Of a DNA stretch of 64,000 bases, positions 37,495 through 47,916 are shown in pieces (position 1 is the first letter of the stretch; every line of letters begins with the position of its first letter). Source of the stretch: an uncultured Lachnospiraceae bacterium (GTDB lineage: Bacteria > Bacillota > Clostridia > Lachnospirales > Lachnospiraceae); contig CAJJYZ010000001.1 of the NCBI GenBank assembly GCA_905197485.1, forward strand, positions 27,115 to 91,114. Direction: 5' to 3'. The position numbers and the translations under genes were made by a program. The notes beneath the pieces are model-generated. The model worked only from the letters and a program-made list of their open reading frames with translations, had not been told where the DNA came from and searched no databases.

Positions 37495-39720
37495 TTATAT
37501 CTTTTGTAGTTTTGCAAATGTTGCAAACATTTTCTTCACTCCTACATGGTCGAACTGTACCGTCACTTCGTAGTCTCTGCCTCCTGCGTTCATTCCGATT
37601 ACAAGCCCTTCCCCGAATTTAATATGTTTCACTCTGTCTCCCACATCATATCCCGGACCATCAGCATTCATTGTACCAAACTGCTGAATCGGCTTCGGTG
37701 TCTGGGATGCCTTTGCGTGAAAACTCTGCTTTGCCTGCATATATGCGGTAGGCTTCGGCATCTCCATGTTTTCTTTTCTCACCGTATTTCCTGTGGACAA
37801 AAGATACACCGGAACTTCCTTCAAGAATCGCGACATCTTATTATATTGCGTTTCCCCGCGAATCATTCGTCTCCTCGCATAAGTGAAAATCAACTCTTCT
37901 TTTGCTCTGGTGATTCCCACATAGCAAAGCCGCCGTTCTTCTTCGATTTCCATCGGGTCATCCGACGTAATCGTCATATAACTCGGAAACAATCCGTCTT
38001 CCATCCCCGCCAGATACACGCGTGGAAATTCCAGTCCTTTTGCGCTATGTAACGTCATTAATACCACATAATCACTGTTTTCATCCAGGCTGTCGATATC
38101 GGCGACAAGCGCTACCTCCTCCAGAAAACCACTCAACGTCGGTCTCTCATTTTCACAGGATTCCTCGTAAGCAACCATCTTATTCTTCAACTCGTCAATA
38201 TTTTCCATACGAGCTTCTGCTTCCTCGTCTCCTTCGGCTTCCAGATATTCTTTATAACATGTCATCTCTATAATCTCATCCAGCAATTCCGAAATGCCAA
38301 GATTCGACGACGCTTGTTTCAGATGCTCAATCAAGGCAACAAACGAATCCAGCTTCGCGATTCCTCTCCCGATACCCGGAATCATAGCGGCGCTGCAAAG
38401 CGCATCATAAAACGAAATTCCACGCTCCAATGCATTTTCCTGCACCCTATTCATTGTCGTCGCGCCGATTCCCCGCTTCGGCACGTTCAGTATTCTCTTG
38501 ACCGCCAAATCGTCTTTCCCATTATCAATGGTTTTCAAATAGGCAAGCAAATCTTTGATTTCCCGCCTTGCATAGAAGTTGACCCCTCCAACCACTTTAT
38601 ACGGAATATTGGCTGTCACAAATTTCTCTTCGAACATACGGGACTGTGCGTTAGTTCGATACAAAATGGCATGGTCATGGTACGTTCCCGAACCGCTTGC
38701 CACCTTCTTCTGAATGTCTCCGACGATATACTCTGCCTCCTCATAAGCAGAATCAAATTCTCGAAAACGGATTTTCTCGCCTTCTCCGTTTTCCGTCCAA
38801 AGACGCTTGTCTTTTCGGCCCACATTGTGGCTAATCACCGCATTTGCCGCATCCAAAATGTTGAATGTGGAACGATAATTCTGCTCCAACTTCAGAACCT
38901 TTGCATCCTCGAACTCTTTTTCAAAGTTCAAAATATTATGGATATTCGCTCCCCGAAACTTATAGATGGACTGGTCGTCGTCTCCGACAACACAAAGGTT
39001 CTTATATTTTCCCGCCAAAATGCGAATCAACTGGAACTGCACCGTATTCGTGTCCTGATATTCATCCACCATAATATAGCGGAACCGTTCCTGATAATAT
39101 TCCAGTACATCCGGCTGAGTCTCAAAAAGCTGAACCGTTTTCAATAATAAATCATCAAAATCCAACGCATTATTTGATTTCAGCGTTTTCTCATACTCTT
39201 CATATACTTCTGCGATTTTTTTCTGTCTGAAATCTCCTCCCGCACGCAGGCGGAATTCTTCCGGCACAATCATCTCATTCTTTGCGGAAGAAATGGCATT
39301 TAACAGCGCCCTTTCTTTGAAATTCTTCGTGTCGACCTGTAAAAATCTGCAAACGTCCTTCATCACCGACTTCTGGTCGTCCGCGTCATAGATTGTAAAA
39401 TTTGTATCATACCCAAGACGGTCAATAAATCTTCTTAAAATCCGCACACACATCGAATGAAACGTACTGACCCAGATACTCTCCGAGCCAAATCCGACAA
39501 GATTATCCACTCGTTCTCTCATCTCGCCTGCCGCTTTGTTCGTAAATGTAATCGCAAGAATATTCCAGGGATTGATTCCCTTTTCTTCTATTAAATAGGC
39601 AATCCTGTGGGTCAGCACTCTCGTTTTCCCAGAACCTGCCCCCGCAAGAATCAAAAGAGGTCCTTCCGTATAGAATACCGCCTCTTTCTGCTCTGCATTT
39701 AATGTATCATATATGCTCAT
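37495..39720 (-). CDS. pcrA: ATP-dependent DNA helicase PcrA/UvrD
   Basis: 741 aa; AGAGSGKTRVLTHRIAYL, UvrD motifs, C-terminal Tudor-like tail. Confidence 0.9.
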   Translation of the reverse strand: MSIYDTLNAEQKEAVFYTEGPLLILAGAGSGKTRVLTHRIAYLIEEKGINPWNILAITFTNKAAGEMRERVDNLVGFGSESIWVSTFHSMCVRILRRFIDRLGYDTNFTIYDADDQKSVMKDVCRFLQVDTKNFKERALLNAISSAKNEMIVPEEFRLRAGGDFRQKKIAEVYEEYEKTLKSNNALDFDDLLLKTVQLFETQPDVLEYYQERFRYIMVDEYQDTNTVQFQLIRILAGKYKNLCVVGDDDQSIYKFRGANIHNILNFEKEFEDAKVLKLEQNYRSTFNILDAANAVISHNVGRKDKRLWTENGEGEKIRFREFDSAYEEAEYIVGDIQKKVASGSGTYHDHAILYRTNAQSRMFEEKFVTANIPYKVVGGVNFYARREIKDLLAYLKTIDNGKDDLAVKRILNVPKRGIGATTMNRVQENALERGISFYDALCSAAMIPGIGRGIAKLDSFVALIEHLKQASSNLGISELLDEIIEMTCYKEYLEAEGDEEAEARMENIDELKNKMVAYEESCENERPTLSGFLEEVALVADIDSLDENSDYVVLMTLHSAKGLEFPRVYLAGMEDGLFPSYMTITSDDPMEIEEERRLCYVGITRAKEELIFTYARRRMIRGETQYNKMSRFLKEVPVYLLSTGNTVRKENMEMPKPTAYMQAKQSFHAKASQTPKPIQQFGTMNADGPGYDVGDRVKHIKFGEGLVIGMNAGGRDYEVTVQFDHVGVKKMFATFAKLQKI

Positions 39721-39736
39721 ATTGTCTCCCTTTCCG

Positions 39737-41032
39737 CTAGTTTCTCGGTTCTTCCTGCATGATTCGCAAGATTTCCTTGTCCATATCCTTCATACCATAC
39801 AGACCGATTCTTGCCATATTTTGAATACATTGCTCCGGTGTCTCGGCACAGATTCCATCACTGACGCGAAGCGGCGCATGATGAATCGCAGTAATCGCGC
39901 TCATAAGCGCTGCAGAAGAACCTGTTGCAACTTTCAATGCACATCCTACTTTCCCACCATCACAAATCATCCCTGTGACAGTACCGGACATATTGCGAAT
40001 CGCATATCCAATCTGCTCGTCTGTTCCACCGAACACATACGTCATTCCGGCCGCTGCCGCCGTCGAAGAAGCCATCACACAGGAACACATCGGCGATAAT
40101 TTCCCAATCCAGGCATTCATATACCGGTTGATAAGATGGGCAAATGCAAGGGCACGTACTTTCTTCTCCCTGGAAGCGCAAACTGCATCCGCCGCCTCAC
40201 TTACTGGAAAAATGACGACAAGTCCTTTCGTTCCGGCGCCGGAACTGCTCATCGTAGGAAGCGGGCATCCGTCCAGCCTGCTCTCTGCCGCCGCGCTTAC
40301 TTTCTGTATCACGCGCGCCAAAAGATTCTCTCCCAAAATAGACGTCTTCGTCTCTGTCCGGATTGCATCTGCAATCCCAATTCCTATCTTCTCATGCTCG
40401 GAATACGAAGCAAGTGATTCATTCATCTCTACACCATCTAATAAAAAGTATAATGCTTCTTCCGGAGCCAAATCCACCAATTTTCGGATTTCCGCAATCG
40501 TCATCTCTTTCAAGGCTTGAACCAGACTGTCTTCCGCATTTCCTCCCTGCCTGCCTTCCTCTTCCATAATCACAACTCCATTCTTACGAAGTTCTGCCAC
40601 ATGGGTATGTGCATTCCGAATGACGCAGCAGCTCATCTCATGCTCTGTACGAAGCACACATTTCACATATAGGCCGCGCTCCTCTTCCTTCCACTGTACC
40701 TTCACATTTCCTGATTCTACCAATGCCGTTGCCTCTTTCAGAATCTCCGGCGTAATGTCTTCCAGCATCTCCAGCTTCTTCTCCGGATTCCTGAGAAATG
40801 CTCCTAAGGCTGCCGCATAGTTCAATCCCACTTCCGAACAGTTTGGTATCCCTGCCGACATTCCGTTTTTATAAATTCCGGAATTGACTTCCACTTCTAT
40901 GTCTATCACGTTTTCTTCTAATAAATTTCCCGCATTCGCCGCACAAAAAGCCACGCAAACCGGCTCTGTACACCCAAGCGCCGGAACGACATCTTTCCTC
41001 AATAATTCTATCATCTGTTGTACTGTCAACAT
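39737..41032 (-). CDS. UPF0597 / L-cysteine desulfidase (CyuA/YhaM) family protein, paralog 2
   Basis: Start at MLTVQQMIELLRKDVVPALGCTEPV; same family as 5840-7117. Confidence 0.75.
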   Translation of the reverse strand: MLTVQQMIELLRKDVVPALGCTEPVCVAFCAANAGNLLEENVIDIEVEVNSGIYKNGMSAGIPNCSEVGLNYAAALGAFLRNPEKKLEMLEDITPEILKEATALVESGNVKVQWKEEERGLYVKCVLRTEHEMSCCVIRNAHTHVAELRKNGVVIMEEEGRQGGNAEDSLVQALKEMTIAEIRKLVDLAPEEALYFLLDGVEMNESLASYSEHEKIGIGIADAIRTETKTSILGENLLARVIQKVSAAAESRLDGCPLPTMSSSGAGTKGLVVIFPVSEAADAVCASREKKVRALAFAHLINRYMNAWIGKLSPMCSCVMASSTAAAAGMTYVFGGTDEQIGYAIRNMSGTVTGMICDGGKVGCALKVATGSSAALMSAITAIHHAPLRVSDGICAETPEQCIQNMARIGLYGMKDMDKEILRIMQEEPRN

Positions 41033-41141
41033 GTTCTTCATCCTCTTCTTATCGAATATACGTTCCCTTGTATTGTAACACATCGCTCCCTGCATCGCAA
41101 CCATCCTATATCATATATTTTTATACTTCTTTTATTCCTTC

Positions 41142-41756
41142 TTACAGCATCTTTTCAAATGGAATCAAACAAATCCCATATTCTTCCGCCGCTTTTTCTG
41201 CGTTCTCTTCAAATCCGCTTTTCGAAAACACATAATAATATTTTTTCGGATAAGACAGCAAAGCTCCTCTATCCATCAATGTATTCAACACCTTGACATC
41301 GACCTTTTCGTTTCTCCATTTACACTCGCCAAGCAACGCCGTTTTTTCTCCCAAGGCAACAATATCTATCTCTTCCTCTCGTTTTTCTTTCGGATTGGTT
41401 CCCCACCATCTGCCCATCTTTCCAAACATAAACGGCAATGTATGATAAATGTCCGGGCGATACAAGTATTGCCTGCAAATATCCTCGAAAATACTTTCCA
41501 TAAAGGAATTCAACTGTGGCTTTACCATAGTTTCATAAATCGTTTCTCCAACTCCCATAGAAATGGTCGTAATATTCGGACGTACAAAACGATACCAAAA
41601 CAAAAACATATTGTCTCGTAAACGGTATAAAGTTTTTCGACTATTCTCTTTTTCCGTAATCGGTTGTTCCTTTTCCACAATTCCGATAAGTTTATCACAT
41701 TCCACTAAAAAATAAAAGCAGAAGCATATCTTTTTCGTCTTATCCTTGAACTTCAC
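41142..41756 (-). CDS. C-terminal wHTH + DUF234 fragment of an archaeal-type AAA ATPase (the N-terminal ATPase domain is absent). Possible gene remnant; its GTG overlaps the stop of the upstream histidine kinase gene.
   Basis: LYRLRDNMFLFWYRFVRPN...EIDIVALGEKTALLGECKWRNEKVDVKVL...YYVFSKSGFEE matches the DUF234 C-terminal half; ~200 aa versus ~450 aa for full-length members. Confidence 0.5.
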   Translation of the reverse strand: MKFKDKTKKICFCFYFLVECDKLIGIVEKEQPITEKENSRKTLYRLRDNMFLFWYRFVRPNITTISMGVGETIYETMVKPQLNSFMESIFEDICRQYLYRPDIYHTLPFMFGKMGRWWGTNPKEKREEEIDIVALGEKTALLGECKWRNEKVDVKVLNTLMDRGALLSYPKKYYYVFSKSGFEENAEKAAEEYGICLIPFEKML

Positions 41757-42640
41757 CAGAGTTGTACAGAAATAGTTAATACCTTGCCTTTATAGCTTGC
41801 CGAAATAGTCCCTCCCATTTTTTCAATCAATTCTTTCGATATCGCCAAACCAAGTCCTGTTGATTTGCGGGCATCATTTACCGTATAAAAGCGGTCAAAT
41901 AGACGTTCGACCTGCGTCTCCGTCAATCCAGACGCATGATTTGAAAATAAAAACTCCTTATTCTCGGTTAAAACAACTTCCAGGTCGCCATCGCTATATT
42001 TCACAGCATTGCTAATAATGTTTCCTAGGATACGAGATAACGCATTCTCATTTCCTTTTCCCAATACTCTCTTATCGGGCATCGTTATCTTCGGTATAAT
42101 ATTGTTCTGTTTCAGTACAGAATAATAAGAAGAGAGACAGCTTTCCAACACTCCGTTCAAATTTACAGTTTCGATTTTCATTTCTTCGGTGTTGGATACC
42201 GCTAGTGTATACTGAAATAATTCTTCGGTAAGCTGCTTCATTGCCTTCGTACGATTTTCTATCGCCATAAGATAATTTCTTCCTTCTTCTGAGCATTCCT
42301 CCTGCTCCAGCAGTTTTAAGTACCCATAGATAGCGGTTAATGGTGTTCTTAAATCATGAGAAATATTTGTAACCGCTTCTTTTAACTCTAAATCTCCATG
42401 CTCAAACTTCTGTCGTCTTTGATTGAAATCTTTGAGCTGTGTATTGATAGATGAAGCCAGTTGTCTCATGTCCGTATCATGGCTGGATATTTGAATCAGG
42501 GTATTTGTATGATTCTGTATTTTTTCTGCAAAAGCCTGATTTATCTCCCTTGCCGATTTTTTCAGAAGATGCACTTTCATAAAAAGCATTCCAATGATAA
42601 TCACTAATCCTAAAATCAATACACATACCCCAATATCCAT
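41753..42640 (-). CDS. sensor histidine kinase with a single N-terminal TM segment (intramembrane/transporter-coupled type)
   Basis: Start at MDIGVCVLILGLVIIIGMLF; HDLRTPLTAIYGYLKLL H-box; HATPase C-terminus. Confidence 0.8.
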   Translation of the reverse strand: MDIGVCVLILGLVIIIGMLFMKVHLLKKSAREINQAFAEKIQNHTNTLIQISSHDTDMRQLASSINTQLKDFNQRRQKFEHGDLELKEAVTNISHDLRTPLTAIYGYLKLLEQEECSEEGRNYLMAIENRTKAMKQLTEELFQYTLAVSNTEEMKIETVNLNGVLESCLSSYYSVLKQNNIIPKITMPDKRVLGKGNENALSRILGNIISNAVKYSDGDLEVVLTENKEFLFSNHASGLTETQVERLFDRFYTVNDARKSTGLGLAISKELIEKMGGTISASYKGKVLTISVQLW

Positions 42641-42651
42641 ATCCAATCCCT

Positions 42652-43452
42652 CTATTTCATATTTTTTCGTTTGAAGAAGAAAACACCGATTCCTGTTGTA
42701 ATTACTGTGACGCCAACAGAGTACAGACACATCTCATTCAGATTTTTTATATCTCTTCTTGCATATTGCATTTCCTGTCCTACTGGAAGCGCGTTATAAA
42801 TAAATTCTAACTGCTCTCTTTCTTTTCCCCCAACATACGCCGTATTTATTGTCCCGTCATACCATACTTTCGGATTGTCTAAAATTCTTTGCACTTCGTT
42901 CAAAAATGCAATCGATAAAAACACAAACAAAATGCACAGAATCGGTGCGATTGCTTTGCTTGAAACTAAATGGGTAATCATCGTGAAGATAGCGCAAAAT
43001 GCGACGACTGTAATCAGGCTTCCAAAGACAATCAATACTACTTTTTTTACAGGAATCGTCAACCCTCCAATCATCGGAATGCCAACAACCACATTCGCCA
43101 ACATATAGGAACCACACATAAAAAATGATGCAGCAATATTCACAATCAGATTCGAAAAATAAATTTCGGTTCTCTTATGTCCTGCAATGATTTTATTTCT
43201 CATCGTGCCGTCCATGTACTCTACACCGACAAATAGAGAACAAAATATCGCACTGATGACTCCAATCATAAGAGTATAGACGAAAAATGTGCTATTTAGA
43301 TTTACCTTCGCATGATACCCTACTAATTGTCTATATTGCTGAAAACATAGGAAACTTCCTGCAAAAAACATAAATCCCATGCCAATGAAAAATAATTTAT
43401 TCTTAATCATTCTTGAAAAATTAGCATATAACAGATTACTCATGGCTTGCAC
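42652..43452 (-). CDS. ABC-2 family permease (lantibiotic/bacitracin-immunity type)
   Basis: 266 aa, 6 TM; MQAMSNLLYANFSRMIKNKLFF. Confidence 0.75.
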   Translation of the reverse strand: MQAMSNLLYANFSRMIKNKLFFIGMGFMFFAGSFLCFQQYRQLVGYHAKVNLNSTFFVYTLMIGVISAIFCSLFVGVEYMDGTMRNKIIAGHKRTEIYFSNLIVNIAASFFMCGSYMLANVVVGIPMIGGLTIPVKKVVLIVFGSLITVVAFCAIFTMITHLVSSKAIAPILCILFVFLSIAFLNEVQRILDNPKVWYDGTINTAYVGGKEREQLEFIYNALPVGQEMQYARRDIKNLNEMCLYSVGVTVITTGIGVFFFKRKNMK

Positions 43453-44353
43453 CTCCTACCAAATTGATGTAATAGCTTTCCAATGTCTCTGCCTGTTCGT
43501 GTAAACTGGTAATAAAGCAATTATCCTGTGCCAATTTTAAGGTTAAGTCAGATACAGGAACTTCTCCATATAGATTGGCAACTGTATCCGAGAGTATCTC
43601 ATACTCCATGTTCATCATATCAAGGACACGAGCCAATACAGTAGTATCTGTTACTGTGAGTCTCACACAACTCCGGCATACTTTCCACAGTTCTTTTGCC
43701 TCTATTTCTTTTACCATACGGCCGCTTGCAATAAAACCATAATGGGTAGCCAACCGAGAAAGTTCGTCCAGATTATGGCTGGAAATCAATATCGTAATCT
43801 GTTTTTTTCTGTTTAATTTTAAGATTAATTCTCTCATTTCGATGATGCCTTGCGGGTCAAGACCGTTCCCAGGTTCGTCAAGAATCAGGAAGTCCGGACT
43901 TCCCACGAGAGCGACTGCAATCCCTAATCTTTGACGCATCCCCAAAGAAAAATGCTTTACCTTTTTCTTTCCTGCTTTCTCCAATCCAACAAGATGTAAC
44001 AACTCATCTATACCATCATATGAAGGCATACCTAACATCTGATATTGTTGTTTGAGATTGTTTTTCGCCGTCATATCCATATAGATTGCGGGTGTTTCAA
44101 CGACTGCCCCTATTCTCTTTTGTGAATGCAGAATATTCTTATCTGTATTTTTCACACCATATAACGTATACGTTCCGGATGTTGGCGATTGCAAGCCACA
44201 CACCATACGGATGAATGTCGTTTTCCCCGCTCCATTTTCTCCAACAAACCCGTAAATTGCTCCCTTCGGGACATGAATGGAAAATCGATTCAATGCCTTT
44301 GCGGAATGCCGGTATTCTTTTGTCAAATCTTTCGCTGTTAAAATATATTCCAT
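43436..44353 (-). CDS. ABC transporter ATP-binding protein (BcrA/lantibiotic-immunity type)
   Basis: 305 aa; GENGAGKTT, LSLGMRQRLGIAVAL, ILDEPGNGLD. Confidence 0.85.
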   Translation of the reverse strand: MEYILTAKDLTKEYRHSAKALNRFSIHVPKGAIYGFVGENGAGKTTFIRMVCGLQSPTSGTYTLYGVKNTDKNILHSQKRIGAVVETPAIYMDMTAKNNLKQQYQMLGMPSYDGIDELLHLVGLEKAGKKKVKHFSLGMRQRLGIAVALVGSPDFLILDEPGNGLDPQGIIEMRELILKLNRKKQITILISSHNLDELSRLATHYGFIASGRMVKEIEAKELWKVCRSCVRLTVTDTTVLARVLDMMNMEYEILSDTVANLYGEVPVSDLTLKLAQDNCFITSLHEQAETLESYYINLVGGASHE

Positions 44354-44448
44354 GTAATCAAAGCCTCCTTGTTTTTCTCTAATGCCATTCTAATAAATAA
44401 TTGTTAAGAAAGCTGTTAAGAAAATTGCAAAGAAAGTGTAAAGATTTT

Positions 44449-45111
44449 TCATTCCGCCATTTTAAACCCAATGCCCCAAACTGCTTCAATATAGTCTTTT
44501 CCCGAAGCTTCACGTAACTTTTTTCTCAAATTACTAATGTGAACCCGCAACGAGCTTTCCATACAATCCGGCGTATCTTCGCTAATACGGTCAAGCAAAA
44601 CCGTTTTCGTGATAATCTGTTTTGGATTCTCCATAAGAAGCTTTAATATCGCAAATTCTGTTTTCGTCAGCTTTACCTCTTGCTCACGAACAAGAACACA
44701 GTGCGTCGTTATATCAAGAAGAATCTCATCATATGCTAACTTTTCCGGATTCCTCACTTTCTCTGTTTTGCGAAGCTGCACAACGATTCTTGCCAGCAGT
44801 TCCTCAATATCGAACGGCTTTGTAATATAATCAACTGCGCCATTCAATAAAAGCGCCACCTTATCTTTTACATCTACTTTTGCGCTCATCACAATTACCG
44901 GAATATCTGATATCTTCGGCAGTATTTCTTCTCCGGTCAATCCAGGGAGCATCAAGTCCAAAAGAATTAAATCCGGCTGATTATTTTGCAAAAACAATAA
45001 CGCTTCCGTCCCGGAATACGCATGAGATACTTGGTACTCTTCCTGCGTCAAAACTTTTCCCAGCATATCATTTATATGCATATCATCGTCTATTATCAAA
45101 ATATGTTTCAT
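44449..45111 (-). CDS. OmpR-family response regulator (BceR/VanR-like)
   Basis: Start at MKHILIIDDDMHIND; winged-helix C-terminus. Confidence 0.85.
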   Translation of the reverse strand: MKHILIIDDDMHINDMLGKVLTQEEYQVSHAYSGTEALLFLQNNQPDLILLDLMLPGLTGEEILPKISDIPVIVMSAKVDVKDKVALLLNGAVDYITKPFDIEELLARIVVQLRKTEKVRNPEKLAYDEILLDITTHCVLVREQEVKLTKTEFAILKLLMENPKQIITKTVLLDRISEDTPDCMESSLRVHISNLRKKLREASGKDYIEAVWGIGFKMAE

Positions 45112-45482
45112 TGTGTTGACTCCTCTTGTGAACTCTTTTGACATCTATTTTATCACATTTTAAGGAAAATAGTGTAATAGAAACTGTGTAGTTCGTTCTA
45201 ACTGTAAAAAAGGAGAGAATCCCCTTATCGAGTCACTCTCTCCTATCATCTGATTAGCCATTCTAATCATTTTTAACAATATTCATTTTTCCTTTTCAAA
45301 ATGGCATTACAGCATAATTTTCACCGCATTTTTTCATTCGTTTCTAAAATAAATTTCACGCCATTTTCTTTAAAATTTTACGCCACACGTACGCCATTTT
45401 CGTAAAAATAGATACCAATTTATAAGAGTTTATTCGATTTTACCTATCCTGAAAATTTCTCTAAATCCCCGTAAATCCCGCA

Positions 45483-46403
45483 TTAAAACGGCGTTCCATC
45501 CAAGTTATACGGCGTTACCTGATACACGTAATAATTGAGCCAATTGGTATAGAGATTATTCGCGATTGCCCGCCACGTTAAGAGTGGTTTCTTCGTGTCG
45601 TCATCATTCTCATAGTAATTGACCGGAATTTTTATCGGAAGCCCTTTCTCCTTATCCCGCTTATACTCTTTATCCAATGTCATTCTGTCATATTCCGGAT
45701 GTCCCATGACAAAAATCTGCCTTCCATCCTGTGCCATAACGAGAAATGCGCCTGCTGCCTCCGACTCTGCGAGAATCATCAGCCTCTCGTCTTCCCGTAT
45801 TTTCTCGATTGGTACGTCTGTATGTCTGGAATGCGGCGCAAAAAATACGTCGTCGAAACCTCTGACTAATGGGATTTTTCGATTCAGCACTCTATGCCGG
45901 AAGATTCCGAATAATTTTTCTTCCAGCGGGACCTTATCAATTCCATAATGGTAATAAATTCCCGCCTGGGCGCCCCAGCAAAGATGCAACGTAGAAGTCA
46001 CATTCGTCTTCGTCCATTCCATAATCGTTTTTAATTCTTCCCAGTAGTCCACTTCCTCAAACGGCATCTGCTCAACCGGCGCTCCGGTTATGATGAAACC
46101 ATCGAATTTCTTCTCCCGAATCTCTTCAAACGTTACATAGAATTGATTCAGATGGCTGGTCGGCGTGTTTTTAGAACGATGACTTGCCACATGAACGAAA
46201 ACCACATCCACTTGAAGCGGTGTGTTGGAAAGAGAACGAAGAATCTGAAGCTCCGTCTCTTCCTTTAGCGGCATCAGGTTTAGAAGTCCGATGCGAATCG
46301 GACGGATATCCTGATGTATTGCGCGATGTTCATCCATCACAAATATATTTTCTTTTTCCAGTATTCCCTTTACCGGAAGGTCATTTTGTACGCGAATCGG
46401 CAT
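45483..46403 (-). CDS. metA: homoserine O-acyltransferase MetA (MetAA type)
   Basis: 306 aa; [23 protein letters not shown]...[10 protein letters not shown]. Confidence 0.85.
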   Translation of the reverse strand: MPIRVQNDLPVKGILEKENIFVMDEHRAIHQDIRPIRIGLLNLMPLKEETELQILRSLSNTPLQVDVVFVHVASHRSKNTPTSHLNQFYVTFEEIREKKFDGFIITGAPVEQMPFEEVDYWEELKTIMEWTKTNVTSTLHLCWGAQAGIYYHYGIDKVPLEEKLFGIFRHRVLNRKIPLVRGFDDVFFAPHSRHTDVPIEKIREDERLMILAESEAAGAFLVMAQDGRQIFVMGHPEYDRMTLDKEYKRDKEKGLPIKIPVNYYENDDDTKKPLLTWRAIANNLYTNWLNYYVYQVTPYNLDGTPF

Positions 46404-46417
46404 ACCTGTTCACCTAC

Positions 46418-47725
46418 CTATTTCTTTTCTTCTACCGATTGTTTCTGATGTGCAACTCCCGCTTCATCTATATAATCTATTTTTTCAAAAGCGTCGGATG
46501 CCATCGGCAGTTTTTTCTTCTCAAGTTTTTTCTCCACAAACATATTGACCAGATAGTAAAGCACCGCGAACGTCGGCACACCCATTACCATTCCTACAAA
46601 TCCAAAGAGTCCTCCTCCAAGTAAAATGGAGAATACGACCCAGAATGCGCTGAGTCCTGTGGAGTTTCCTAAAATCTTCGGTCCAAGGATATTTCCGTCA
46701 AACTGCTGCAAGAGCAGAATGAAAATCATGAAATACAATCCTTTGATTGGCTCTGCCAGCAAAATCAAAATGATGCTTGGAATCGCTCCGATAAACGGAC
46801 CGAAAAACGGAATTACGTTCGTGACACCGACTACGACACTCACAAGAAGTGTATACGGCATCTTCAAAATACTTAACACGACAAAGCAGATGATTCCGAT
46901 GATGATGGAATCGATGATTTTCCCGATGACAAACCCACCGAAGATTTCATTGCTTTTTCTCGTGATTTGGAGAATCGTGTTTGCACGTTCTTTTTCAAAT
47001 AACGCATATGTAATCTTCTTGCATTGTCCCACAAACTTCTCTTTTGTCGTCAACACATAGACTGACACAATCAGACCAACCGCGATATTAAACAACGTGG
47101 AGAATACACTGATTACTCCGCTTGTCAAAGAGGACATCATCTGGTTAATCTGTCCAATCAAGTCGCTTCTCAACCATGTTTCCAGCGATGCCGCCCCATT
47201 TTCCAATACTTTCCGGAACGTTCCGGAGATAGCGGAATCATTGATTGCATGCTGCTCCATATATGCCATCGCCTCATTCATCTGTCCTGGCAGGCTGATA
47301 ATCATATCGCGGATACTCTTATATAATTCCGGAATAATCATATTCAATAACAAGATTACAACTGCAACGGTGACAAGGAGTGAGATGAGCACTCCCACAT
47401 TTCTGGCAAGACTATAGGCTTTCCTCTCACTTTTCATCTTTCCTTGCAATAGCGGCAGAATCTTCCTCTCAATCCATGTAACCATCGGATTCAGCAGATA
47501 TGCAAACGCAAGTCCCATGATAATCGGTTGTAAAATAACCCCGATTTCTTTTACGACTCTTGCAATATCATCGATTCTGAGAAATGCAAAATAGCACACG
47601 ATACATGCCACGATAATAAGGAAAGAAGTAAATCCTCTCATGAAATACGATTTCAGATTCAACTGAGACCCGGATTCCTGTTTCCCATTTTCCTGCACCT
47701 GCTCCATAGATTCTTTTTCTTTCAT
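46418..47725 (-). CDS. AI-2E family transporter (PerM/UPF0118)
   Basis: 435 aa polytopic; typical AI-2E topology. A promoter-like TTGACG-18-TATAAT lies upstream at ~47770-47800 (minus). Confidence 0.75.
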   Translation of the reverse strand: MKEKESMEQVQENGKQESGSQLNLKSYFMRGFTSFLIIVACIVCYFAFLRIDDIARVVKEIGVILQPIIMGLAFAYLLNPMVTWIERKILPLLQGKMKSERKAYSLARNVGVLISLLVTVAVVILLLNMIIPELYKSIRDMIISLPGQMNEAMAYMEQHAINDSAISGTFRKVLENGAASLETWLRSDLIGQINQMMSSLTSGVISVFSTLFNIAVGLIVSVYVLTTKEKFVGQCKKITYALFEKERANTILQITRKSNEIFGGFVIGKIIDSIIIGIICFVVLSILKMPYTLLVSVVVGVTNVIPFFGPFIGAIPSIILILLAEPIKGLYFMIFILLLQQFDGNILGPKILGNSTGLSAFWVVFSILLGGGLFGFVGMVMGVPTFAVLYYLVNMFVEKKLEKKKLPMASDAFEKIDYIDEAGVAHQKQSVEEKK

Positions 47726-47869
47726 TTACTCTGTACTCTCTTTCTGTAAGTCATTCACGTGTTCCATTATAGCGTGCCTATTGGAGTATCGTCAAGAATA
47801 TCACTTTTTCTTTTTTACAAAAGATTGCGCCAAAGAGCAATCTCTGCGCGAAATGCATTTAAAAATCAA

Positions 47870-47904
47870 ACAGGACAGTACCGATTTTTCGAATACTGTC
47901 CTGT
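47870..47904 (-). terminator. rho-independent terminator downstream of the DUF1540 gene
   Basis: ACAGGACAGTA-loop-TACTGTCCTGT, with a T-run on the minus strand. Confidence 0.75.
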
Positions 47905-47916
47905 CGTTTCATTCCC

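Noticed and set aside
47726-47916. SAM (S-box) riboswitch expected upstream of metA / perM
   Set aside because: No GGAGGGA / CCCTCC S-box core on either strand. Only a TTGACG-18-TATAAT promoter and the DUF1540 terminator are present.
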